Assembly: GCA_001515185.1 (NCBI GenBank)
Contig: LQHI01000049.1
Span: 3,263-27,262, forward strand
DNA length: 24,000 nt
Direction: 5' to 3'
From: Hadesarchaea archaeon DG-33
Lineage (GTDB): Archaea > Hadarchaeota > Hadarchaeia > Hadarchaeales > Hadarchaeaceae
How positions within the stretch are numbered: position 1 is the stretch's first letter; every line of letters starts with the position of its first letter. Below the pieces are notes generated by a model that did no database searches, was not told where the DNA came from, and was given only the letters and a program-made list of their open reading frames with translations. A program made the position numbers and the translations under genes. Shown piece by piece: positions 1 to 7,005 of this stretch.

Positions 1-342
1 TGTTGTGTAAATTATTTCCGGCTGTTCGGCCTTTTTCATCGAACTTCTATAGATTTTCTCAAGTTCTCCAAAAACGCGTTCAACAGTGGCAACAGACTCT
101 TTTTGAATCAAATCTGGTGATCGTGCACGATAGCGTCTCGGCCTTCCTCGGGCGACTTCGACCCACCCTTTTTTTACGAGCGCTTCTAGGGCATCGTAAG
201 TACTGGGGTAAGGTATCCCAGCGAGACCTGCGACCTCGCGGGGAACAGCTGATCTAACCGAAGTTAATGCGACGTAGGTTTTGGCTTCATATTCCGTCAA
301 ACCAAGTCCACGCAAAACGCTGAGTTTTTCCTCATCTATCAA
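1..342 (-). CDS. TrmB-family transcriptional regulator, N-terminal winged HTH; the 3' part runs off the window
   Basis: Absent from the ORF track because it leaves the window. My minus-strand translation from TTG at 342 gives LIDEEKLSVLRGLGLTEYEAKTYVALTSVRSAVPREVAGLAGIPYPSTYDALEALVKKGWVEVARGRPRRYRARSP. This is the TrmB pattern LGLTxYEAKxY...IPxxxxYxxLxxLxxKG...GRPxxYxA. The 3..257 + ORF is its antisense shadow. Confidence 0.75.
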   Translation of the reverse strand, partial: MIDEEKLSVLRGLGLTEYEAKTYVALTSVRSAVPREVAGLAGIPYPSTYDALEALVKKGWVEVARGRPRRYRARSPDLIQKESVATVERVFGELEKIYRSSMKKAEQPEIIYTT

Positions 343-373
343 GAGTACCCCACTGATATAAAGAGGCAAAAGC

Positions 374-382
374 TTATAAATA
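374..382 (+). promoter_or_regulatory. Candidate archaeal TATA box (ttataaata) for the ferredoxin-GGR pair
   Basis: An AT-rich TATA-like octamer lies about 36 nt upstream of the ATG at 418, in the divergent intergenic region between the TrmB-like gene and the ferredoxin gene. Confidence 0.35.
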
Positions 383-417
383 GTAGTGATAGCTACTAAT
401 TTTGAGGCTATGTGAGG

Positions 418-591
418 ATGAAAGTCGATACAAACATTTGTATAAGGTGCGGTGCGTGCGCGAGCGTTTGTCCTGTAAATGCAATCGAAGTGGCGGATGC
501 CTACGTTCGGGCTGATAAAAGCTGTAATAACTGCGGAATCTGCGCAAAATTATGTCCCGTGGGGGCGGTAATGATTGAAAGAAAATTATGA
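418..591 (+). CDS. Small 2x[4Fe-4S] ferredoxin (57 aa)
   Basis: Below the ORF-track size cut-off. Hand translation: MKVDTNICIRCGACASVCPVNAIEVADAYVRADKSCNNCGICAKLCPVGAVMIERKL*. It has two CxxCxxCxxxCP motifs. It overlaps the next gene by 17 nt. Confidence 0.8.
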   Translation: MKVDTNICIRCGACASVCPVNAIEVADAYVRADKSCNNCGICAKLCPVGAVMIERKL

Positions 592-1765
592 TATCGTAGT
601 GGTGGGGGCGGGCCCAGCAGGGTCGATGTCTGCTCGAGCGGCTACCAGAGCCGGGGCAGAAGTTTTGTTGCTTGATAAGCGGCGCGAACTCGGGGTGCCG
701 GTACAGTGCGGTGAAGCGCTGGCGGAGGAGCCGCTGCTAGATCTTGGGATAAAGCCGAATCCCCGATGGATAGCTGGCGAGGTGAACGCGGTTAGACTCA
801 TTTCACCATCTGGTCTCGAAGTTTCGATAGCAGAAAAAAAAGCAGTGCACGGCAAAGTTGGCTTCATCTTGGATCGAAAGGTTTTCGACAAGCACCTCGC
901 GATGCTCGCAGCCAAAGAGGGCGCGGACGTAATGGTTGGAACTTTGGTAGATGGTTTACTGATGGATGGAAAGAAAATCGCCGGCGTGAAGGCCAGCAGC
1001 TTTGACGGCAGAATGGAAGTTAGGGCGAAGGTCGTGATAGCTGCAGATGGCGTCGTCTCCAGAGTGGCGCGCTGGGCTGGCGTTAACACTACACTCAAAC
1101 TGGTGGACATCGAGTCATGCGCGCAGTTCCAGATGGTTGGCATCGACATTAAGTCGCCGGAGGTCATGGAGTACTATTTTGGGAGCAAAATCACCCCAGG
1201 CGGTTACGCTTGGGTATTCCCGAAGGGCAGAGACATGGCGAACGTTGGCATAGGTATACTTAGCAGCCGTATGCAGCGTCCAGCGATAGATTACTTGAAA
1301 GACTTTGTCAATTCTATGCCTGGGCTCAAGAAGGGGCGGGTAATCGAAATAAATGGTGGCGGGGTACCGGTCGGTGGCCCAATACCGAAGACATTCAAAG
1401 ATAACTTGTTGATAGTTGGTGATGCAGCTCGTCAGGTCAACGCTCTGACGGGCGGCGGGATCGACTCGGCCATGCGTGCTGGAAATATAGCAGGGGAAGT
1501 CGCGGCGAAAGCGGTAGCTTCTGGGGATGTCTCAGAGAAAAAACTTAAGGAATACGAAAAACGTTGGCGCGAGCAGATGGGGAAAAGGTTCAAGCGATAC
1601 CTGAAGGCTAAAGAAGTGCTTTTGAGCATGTCCGACGAGGAGCTCGATCGACTCGCGAAGGCTCTGCAGGGAGTGGAGTTCGAGAAAATAAGCCTGACCG
1701 ACATGCTAAAGGTGTTCATGAAAGTTAGTCCAAAACTTATGTGGAAGCTCAAAGGATTGATGTGA
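575..1765 (+). CDS. Digeranylgeranylglycerophospholipid (geranylgeranyl) reductase, FAD-dependent
   Basis: 396 aa with a TTG start. It has the Rossmann motif DIVVVGAGPAGS, the conserved VQCGEA cysteine, PGGYAWVFPKG (the PxxYxWxFP motif) and GDAARQVNALTGGGI, all hallmarks of archaeal GGR. Confidence 0.9.
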   Translation: MKENYDIVVVGAGPAGSMSARAATRAGAEVLLLDKRRELGVPVQCGEALAEEPLLDLGIKPNPRWIAGEVNAVRLISPSGLEVSIAEKKAVHGKVGFILDRKVFDKHLAMLAAKEGADVMVGTLVDGLLMDGKKIAGVKASSFDGRMEVRAKVVIAADGVVSRVARWAGVNTTLKLVDIESCAQFQMVGIDIKSPEVMEYYFGSKITPGGYAWVFPKGRDMANVGIGILSSRMQRPAIDYLKDFVNSMPGLKKGRVIEINGGGVPVGGPIPKTFKDNLLIVGDAARQVNALTGGGIDSAMRAGNIAGEVAAKAVASGDVSEKKLKEYEKRWREQMGKRFKRYLKAKEVLLSMSDEELDRLAKALQGVEFEKISLTDMLKVFMKVSPKLMWKLKGLM

Positions 1766-1769
1766 AGAT

Positions 1770-3089
1770 TTAAGGGGTCAGCCTTTTCCTGTCCCGCGGG
1801 AACAGGACGCATTCTCGAATATTTTCGGCTCCGGTAAGGACCATCGTCAGACGATCTAGCCCAAGACCCCACCCAGCGTGTGGGGGTAAACCAGTCCGGA
1901 AGTTCTGAAGGTGAGATTCGAAGCTCTGCGGATTCAACCCCTTTTGTTTGAGCTGTTTCACGAGTAGAGTCTCTTGGTGGACACGTGTTCCACCCGAAGC
2001 TAACTCGATTTCTCCATACATCAAGTCGAACGCATCTGCAAGCTTTGGGTCATCTCGCTTCGGCATGGTGTAAAATGGCTTGATCGCCATCGGCCAGTCA
2101 ATCACAAAATAAGCACCGCCGACCAGTTCGCCGAGTTTTCGCTCCGCTGGAGTCGGCAAGTCCTCACCCCACGGAACTTTTACTCCCGCTTGTTCCAACT
2201 TCTTGAGGGCCTCATCGTAAGTTATGCGCGGGAACGGTTTTCTCGGGACCTCCAGCTTGCGCTCGAGCACTTTCAGTTCCTTAGCACATGTTCGCTTTAC
2301 CTGCGAGAAGACTTTAACGATTAAATCTTCTAGAATTTTCGTCACGTCCTCAGCCGTTGCATACGCGACCTCGATATCGATTGAAATTGCCTCGTTCAGA
2401 TGTCGCGGCGTGTCGTGCTCCTCGGCGCGGTAGATTGGCCCAACCTCAAAGACGCGCTCGAAACAGCCCGTGAGCACCTCCTTATAGAGCTGGGGGCTCT
2501 GGCTCAGGAAAGCCTCGCGCTCGAAGTAGGAAATGGGAAAAAGTGCGGCGCCGCTCTCGGTCGCGGTCGCTACGATTTTTGGCGTGTTCACTTCAATGAG
2601 CCCCTCTGAAATGAGATGATTTCTCACGCTCTGAATTGCTTGGTGGCGAATTTTGAAGATCGCGAGAGACTCCGAGCGGCGGAGGTCCAGCGCCCGGGCA
2701 TCTAGGCGGGTATCCAAGTTAGCTTTTACCCGTCCTCTTGGGTCAAGTGGCAGTGGGGTGATGGCGAGGTTTAAAATTCTAATCTCCGACGGCACAACCT
2801 CGACACCGCGCGGGGCCTGCTCTGCGGCTACGACCTTACCTTTCACCGCCACCGTTGACTCTTGGGTTAAGCTGTCTATCTTACCCAGAACCTTTTTGTC
2901 CGTTTTGGCCTTCGGCGCCGTAACTTGGATTGAGCCGGAAATATCAGAAAGAATGAAAAATTTGATCCCTCCAAGGTCGCGGACATCGCCGACCCTCCCC
3001 ATCACCACGACTTCTGCACCGGCCAGCTTGGGCGTGGCCTCATTGGAAAGGTGTGTTCGCCGCCAGTTCCCTAATTCATCAAGCTTCAT
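1770..3089 (-). CDS. aspS: Aspartyl-tRNA synthetase, archaeal type
   Basis: 439 aa. An N-terminal OB anticodon-binding domain (VVVMGRVGDVRDLGGIKFFILSD) is followed by class II motifs (FEVGPIYRAEEHDTPRHLNEA; GGTRVHQ; GWGLGLDRL). Confidence 0.92.
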   Translation of the reverse strand: MKLDELGNWRRTHLSNEATPKLAGAEVVVMGRVGDVRDLGGIKFFILSDISGSIQVTAPKAKTDKKVLGKIDSLTQESTVAVKGKVVAAEQAPRGVEVVPSEIRILNLAITPLPLDPRGRVKANLDTRLDARALDLRRSESLAIFKIRHQAIQSVRNHLISEGLIEVNTPKIVATATESGAALFPISYFEREAFLSQSPQLYKEVLTGCFERVFEVGPIYRAEEHDTPRHLNEAISIDIEVAYATAEDVTKILEDLIVKVFSQVKRTCAKELKVLERKLEVPRKPFPRITYDEALKKLEQAGVKVPWGEDLPTPAERKLGELVGGAYFVIDWPMAIKPFYTMPKRDDPKLADAFDLMYGEIELASGGTRVHQETLLVKQLKQKGLNPQSFESHLQNFRTGLPPHAGWGLGLDRLTMVLTGAENIRECVLFPRDRKRLTP

Positions 3090-3096
3090 CTAGTCC

Positions 3097-3414
3097 CTAC
3101 TCAAATGCAAGTTTAATGTTTTTATTAGTTAGCTTTGCTAGAACGATTTGAATCCCGTTGATGCTGGCGGGGAGGCGCTTCAGGTGCGAATGTGGCACCC
3201 TCACACGATACTCCTTCTTACCTCCAGCATAGAGAACGTTGACACCCAGGAGCTTTGCCGGGGTCAGAAGGTCTTGTGCTAACTTACGAGTTTCGGTGCC
3301 CTCCTCGACTATGCGGATTTTGGCTTGAAATCTGCGCTCGAGCGCCCGGACCACTTTGCCACCCCTCCCCACGGCGAAACGTATTTCTCCCCGCCTGACG
3401 ACTAGGGCAATCAA
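3097..3414 (-). CDS. nusA: Archaeal NusA-like KH-domain protein. The true 5' end is probably further upstream, up to 3519-3540
   Basis: GRGGKVVRALERRFQAKIRIVEEG is a KH GxxG core. The frame stays open and protein-like (SKAAISRTLFELAQKHRGLEKINFKHAIDAGN) for 42 codons upstream of the TTG at 3414, back to a TGA at 3541-3543. There is no ATG, GTG or TTG in that stretch. Confidence 0.7.
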   Translation of the reverse strand: MIALVVRRGEIRFAVGRGGKVVRALERRFQAKIRIVEEGTETRKLAQDLLTPAKLLGVNVLYAGGKKEYRVRVPHSHLKRLPASINGIQIVLAKLTNKNIKLAFE

Positions 3415-3627
3415 ATTGCCAGCATCGATTGCGTGTTTAAAATTTATTTTTTCCAGCCCGCGGTGCTTTTGTGCGAGCTCGAATAGAGTCCGTGATATTG
3501 CCGCTTTTGAGACAAATATTGCAGATAGGTGCTCGCAAGTTCAAACCCAGTAGTTCTTCGCTCTGTTGATTTAAGGGCTTTTAAAAACTGGGCAAGGGGC
3601 AAAAAAATAATAGAGCGCGGAAAGTGT

Positions 3628-3948
3628 TTACTTGCCAAGCACTATTTCTATGGTAGAAACACTAACTAAGCCGCGCTCACCCTTAAGCTCTTCAGTCCCA
3701 ATCGAAATGTTTCGCACAGCTAAACCATGCAGGAAGCGATTCCTGGTTATCTCCGCAACGTCGACGGCCCTGCTAATCGCTTTACCTCGTGCCTTGAGGG
3801 TGACGTCACCGGTCCCCATGTTGAACTGCGTTATCACTGCAAGTACGTAGTTCATCACCGGTTTTATTCCGATAAAAACGGTGTTTTCCCCAGCGGGTGT
3901 TTCTTTCGCTGCAGGTTTCTCCTCAACCGTAGGTTTCTCTTCAGCCAT
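3628..3948 (-). CDS. albA: Alba chromatin/RNA-binding protein with an acidic/proline-rich N-terminal extension
   Basis: 106 aa. [48 protein letters not shown]...EIVLGK matches the Alba fold signature. Confidence 0.88.
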   Translation of the reverse strand: MAEEKPTVEEKPAAKETPAGENTVFIGIKPVMNYVLAVITQFNMGTGDVTLKARGKAISRAVDVAEITRNRFLHGLAVRNISIGTEELKGERGLVSVSTIEIVLGK

Positions 3949-4127
3949 TGTACCTTTCCTCCCTTGTTTTTATCAATCTCTATACTTTCGACCCTAATAA
4001 ATACCTTTTGGGTATACTTTTGGTCGTTATAAATAAATTTTGGTTCTACTTTAGTCTTAAAATAGATTTTGAGTTTACTTTCGGTATTACTTGGGGAGAT
4101 CGAGACGCGAGGACGAAAAGGTTAAAT

Positions 4128-4143
4128 CTTTACTTTTGTAAAG
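4128..4143. promoter_or_regulatory. Perfect palindrome CTTTAC-tttt-GTAAAG just upstream of the Lrp/AsnC gene; candidate autoregulatory operator
   Basis: 6-bp arms are separated by 4 nt, 14-29 nt upstream of the start at 4157/4160. The motif ttacttt also recurs at about 4046, 4073 and 4130. Confidence 0.35.
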
Positions 4144-4156
4144 CTTAATTTGACAT

Positions 4157-4645
4157 TTGATGATTCCCATGCCGAGGGAGGCCGAGTTGACCGAACGCCA
4201 GCTCTCCATCTTACGCAAGCTCTTCAACGAGGGCAAGGTGATGCGGGTTCGTAGGGTCAAGAAGACACAAGTAGCCTTAGCAGAGGAGCTCGGCATAACT
4301 CGACAGGCGCTCAGCAGCCATTTGCGGGAGCTACGCGAACTTGGGCTCTTGAACGCTGGCAGAGGATTTATCGATCTCTCGGAAAAAGCAGGGCACATTC
4401 TCGGGGAGCCTCCAACTCAGGCCTTCGTGTTTGCCAAAATCGAGCCAAAGAAGAGACGTAATGTCTACAAGGAGATAATGTCGCTGGATTTGTTGCAAGC
4501 CTTCCGTGTGACTGGGAATGTGGATTTGATTGTTGTAGTGGATCGGCAAAAATTAGATAAAGTGTTGAAGTCGCTCTCAGGTATTGATGGCGTAAAGGGA
4601 ACCTCCGCTCATCTCGTACTTTCCCCGCTTGTCAAAGGCAAGTAA
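4157..4645 (+). CDS. Lrp/AsnC-family transcriptional regulator (wHTH + RAM-like domain)
   Basis: 162 aa. The HTH is QVALAEELGITRQALSSHLRELRELGLL. The C-terminal part, AFVFAKIEP...LQAFRVTGNVDLIVVV...GIDGVKGT, is typical of the AsnC ligand domain. The TTG at 4157 is followed immediately by an ATG at 4160. Confidence 0.8.
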   Translation: MMIPMPREAELTERQLSILRKLFNEGKVMRVRRVKKTQVALAEELGITRQALSSHLRELRELGLLNAGRGFIDLSEKAGHILGEPPTQAFVFAKIEPKKRRNVYKEIMSLDLLQAFRVTGNVDLIVVVDRQKLDKVLKSLSGIDGVKGTSAHLVLSPLVKGK

Positions 4646-5053
4646 CTAACGCTTTTTAGCAGCTTTTTTCGTGAGTTCCACCATCCGCCGTTCGATTCGG
4701 TCTCGCAGCTCATCGAGGTTCCCCTCGCCGCGAGCTAGCGTGACGTAGTCCAACAGGTCATCCACCATGAGTTCTGCTGTCTCGGCCTCGAGAATTCCCG
4801 CATAGACTGCCAATTCTATGGTGTAGAAAGAGCGCATGACGGCGTCGCGCCCTATCCGCCAGCGCTTCCAAGCCCCAGGCCTTTGCATACGAAGCTTTTG
4901 TGCGAGTTCTTCGAAGGTCGCACCTTCGCTCCAATAGTGCAGAAGCATCGTTTTGAGCGTCTTTTCGTCTAGGTGGGACCTTTCAAGCAATGCTCGTGCA
5001 AGCAGGTTTTCGCGCAGCCATTTTTCGGCCCGGGCAAATTCCTCCCGCGGCAT
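4646..5053 (-). CDS. Hypothetical helical protein with a sigma-70 region-4-like HTH
   Basis: 135 aa. LLHYWSEGATFEELAQKLRMQRPGAWKRWRIGRDAV resembles a region-4 / LuxR-type HTH, and the C-terminal half is charged and helical. An ATG start is preceded by a gggggac SD-like element. Its stop abuts the Lrp stop with 0 nt spacing. Confidence 0.6.
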   Translation of the reverse strand: MPREEFARAEKWLRENLLARALLERSHLDEKTLKTMLLHYWSEGATFEELAQKLRMQRPGAWKRWRIGRDAVMRSFYTIELAVYAGILEAETAELMVDDLLDYVTLARGEGNLDELRDRIERRMVELTKKAAKKR

Positions 5054-5067
5054 TTAGTCCCCCACAT

Positions 5068-5086
5068 GTTTCCATTTTTTGGAAAC
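5068..5086. promoter_or_regulatory. Perfect palindrome GTTTCCA-ttttt-TGGAAAC between a TATA-like box and the 4646..5053 gene start; candidate operator
   Basis: 7-bp arms with a 5-nt spacer. On the minus strand the order is tatttatttt (5087-5096), the palindrome, the ggggg SD, then the ATG at 5053. This is the position archaeal repressors typically occupy. Confidence 0.4.
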
Positions 5087-5114
5087 AAAATAAATACTTA
5101 TTGGAAGGGAGGCA

Positions 5115-5993
5115 TCACATTAGGAAAGAAAATATCCGTTTAAAGAAAGAGCGCTTGTTTGCCCGCTTCACCACGCGCGCGTCAATCGGTGAATCCACCT
5201 CCGCAGCATAGTGAATGGCGTTGCTTGCGGCCTTCAGGGCTGATCTCGGAACACCTTTGCTGAATTTGTAGAGTGATTTAAAGCCATTTGGGGTCAGTAA
5301 ATCTTTATAACAGATACATCCAGCGTTTTTGAGGCGGAGTTCGAGCAATTCTTTGAGATTTTTTTTGTTCATTGGCTTTAGTTTGATTTTTGTTTGGATG
5401 CGGTCGGCCAGCGCCGGTACCTTGGCGAGAAATCGCTCCATCTGCTTGAACGTGCCGTTGATTAGGATTGAGATGTTTGTTATGTCGGCCAGCACGCGCA
5501 GGAATTCGCCAACCTCTAACGCGTCCGCGCCGCTTTCAGGGAGGTCATCGATGATTATCGCTAGACGTTCTTGGTGTTCTTGGGGCCATCGGCGCAGAAA
5601 CTCGAAGAGATTTTCCCGGTTTTTACTCGCATCCATTTCAAGTCCCAGAATTATCGCACGCAGTAGCTCGTCGGACGATTTGTACGCGGCGCCGTGGATG
5701 AAAACAGGTATAATCTGTTTTGAAGGATCGGACTCAGTTAGATTTTCTTCCTTCAATGATGCTACTAAAAACTCGCACACGGTAGTTTTGCCAGTTCCTA
5801 ACGCGCCTGTGAGGGCACCGATTTTGCCTTTGGACAACAACCATTTGAGTTTGCGCAAATCCCTACGTTGAAATGGGGCAAATGCTTCGATGGAGGTCAG
5901 CTCGAGCTTGAATGGGTCCTCCCGCAGCCCCCAGCTCCAGATGTAACTCTCGAAAAGCCGATCGCGGCCGATCTTTTTTTCGAAAGTGGTCAT
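5115..5993 (-). CDS. AAA_22-type (ExeA / TniB / ORC-like) P-loop ATPase
   Basis: 292 aa. It has an N-terminal GLREDPF motif as in ExeA-type ATPases, Walker A GALGTGKTT, Walker B LAIIIDDLPE and an ORC/ExeA-like lid (KLKPMNKKNLKELLELRL...SKGVPRSALKAASNAI). Its ATG overlaps the upstream HNH gene's stop (ATGA, 5990-5993). Confidence 0.75.
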   Translation of the reverse strand: MTTFEKKIGRDRLFESYIWSWGLREDPFKLELTSIEAFAPFQRRDLRKLKWLLSKGKIGALTGALGTGKTTVCEFLVASLKEENLTESDPSKQIIPVFIHGAAYKSSDELLRAIILGLEMDASKNRENLFEFLRRWPQEHQERLAIIIDDLPESGADALEVGEFLRVLADITNISILINGTFKQMERFLAKVPALADRIQTKIKLKPMNKKNLKELLELRLKNAGCICYKDLLTPNGFKSLYKFSKGVPRSALKAASNAIHYAAEVDSPIDARVVKRANKRSFFKRIFSFLM

Positions 5994-6796
5994 CTCGCTA
6001 GCCTCACGTGTATTTCAAACATCCCGTTTTTGCTCACAAGGTAACCACAAGCGGTCATTCGTTCGCAAAATGTTTTCGCGATAGCTTCGGGGCAATGGAC
6101 ACGGGCAGCTAAATCCCCCAGCGTAAAGCTCTTGAGCACGGCGGCAGCTGAGAGTAGGTCCCCAAACAAGGTGCGTTGGGCTAGTCCAGTTGGCTTGAGA
6201 TCGTCCAAGATCTTGTGGCGAGGTAGTTCGGCCACTTCGGGTACGGGGGGTGGCTGAATTTTTATGGTGGGTTTTTCGGGCTTTGGAGCAGGCGCCTCCG
6301 GCTTTATGCTTGGTTTGAAAGCTGGCATTTTACGCACACGTTTATGCACTAGGTTGTAACACTTCTGGCAAAGCGTGACTAGATTATCCGGGTCATTTCG
6401 ACTTGTTCCATTCTTGTGGTGCACCTCCAGTAGCTCCTTTCCCCCGCATTCTTGGCAGGTGTAGTTATCCCTGATGATTACAGCCTTTCTTACCAGCTCC
6501 CAATCATCCCTATGGTAAGAGAAAACATAGTTCAAAAAGGAGGAGAGGGCTTCATCCTTCGGGATTGTGGAGGGAGGAGGTGGGGCAACGGCAGATGGGA
6601 CCCGAAGTAGACGATTTATCTCGCTTTCAGGTATCCTTCTTTGCCCTCCCTGGGGTCGCACAACCTTGATTTTTCCCTGTTTATCCCACAATCTAATCGT
6701 GTTGGGATGTACTCCGAGTATCTTACAAGCCTCTTTCATTTTGTAGAGTTTTTCTTTTTGTTCCACTACCTCACCTTTTCTAACAATAACCAACAT
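5990..6796 (-). CDS. Multidomain HNH endonuclease: N-terminal excisionase/MerR-type HTH + HNH + Pro-rich linker + C-terminal uncharacterised (wHTH-like) domain
   Basis: 268 aa. The HTH_17-like segment is LYKMKEACKILGVHPNTIRLWDKQGKIKVVRPQGGQRRIPESEINRLL. The HNH is DNYTCQECGGKELLEVHHKNGTSRNDPDNLVTLCQKCYNLVH. The linker is PAFKPSIKPEAPAPKPEKPTIKIQPPPVPE. Confidence 0.8.
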   Translation of the reverse strand: MLVIVRKGEVVEQKEKLYKMKEACKILGVHPNTIRLWDKQGKIKVVRPQGGQRRIPESEINRLLRVPSAVAPPPPSTIPKDEALSSFLNYVFSYHRDDWELVRKAVIIRDNYTCQECGGKELLEVHHKNGTSRNDPDNLVTLCQKCYNLVHKRVRKMPAFKPSIKPEAPAPKPEKPTIKIQPPPVPEVAELPRHKILDDLKPTGLAQRTLFGDLLSAAAVLKSFTLGDLAARVHCPEAIAKTFCERMTACGYLVSKNGMFEIHVRLAR

Positions 6797-6904
6797 CTTC
6801 TAACAATACATACATATAAAGTTAACGGGATTTCTTAACAAAAATAACCTAAACTTTACTAAAAATTTAACAAAGGGCTGGAAATTTTTTGTTAGAATTT
6901 GTAA
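6744..6904. repeat. Direct-repeat copy A (~160 bp). It covers the 5' end and promoter of the HNH gene and the divergent promoter of the 7006 gene
   Basis: Aligns by eye at roughly 80% identity with 7704-7866. It contains internal imperfect inverted repeats acatcttctaac (6793-6804, overlapping the HNH ATG) and gttagaatttgt (6891-6902). Confidence 0.8.
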
Positions 6905-7005
6905 GAATATCAAAACTTGGTCATGAAATGAAGTGGAAGGTGATATTTTCTGCGGTCTTTTCAGCACAAGGAACGCGTTGCTAATCACTTGGGCGATAGG
7001 TCAAA

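Noticed and set aside
3-257. 84-aa plus-strand ORF at the window start
   Set aside because: The opposite strand encodes a convincing TrmB-family wHTH over the same bases, and this ORF has no recognisable features. It is an antisense shadow.
586-1872. Minus-strand ORFs 586..1167 and 1432..1872, and plus-strand ORF 1047..1253, inside the GGR gene
   Set aside because: They are Ser/Thr/Ala/Pro-rich low-complexity translations antisense to, or out of frame with, a strongly supported GGR CDS.
3530-3560. tRNA-like T-loop string (gttcaaaccc)
   Set aside because: I could not build flanking T-stem, acceptor or anticodon stems on either strand. The bases are better explained as the 5' region of the NusA-like gene.
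6800-6988. 62-aa minus-strand ORF in the HNH/7006 intergenic region
   Set aside because: It lies in an AT-rich, repeat-containing bidirectional promoter region. Its Phe/Leu/Lys-rich translation is as expected from AT-rich non-coding DNA.
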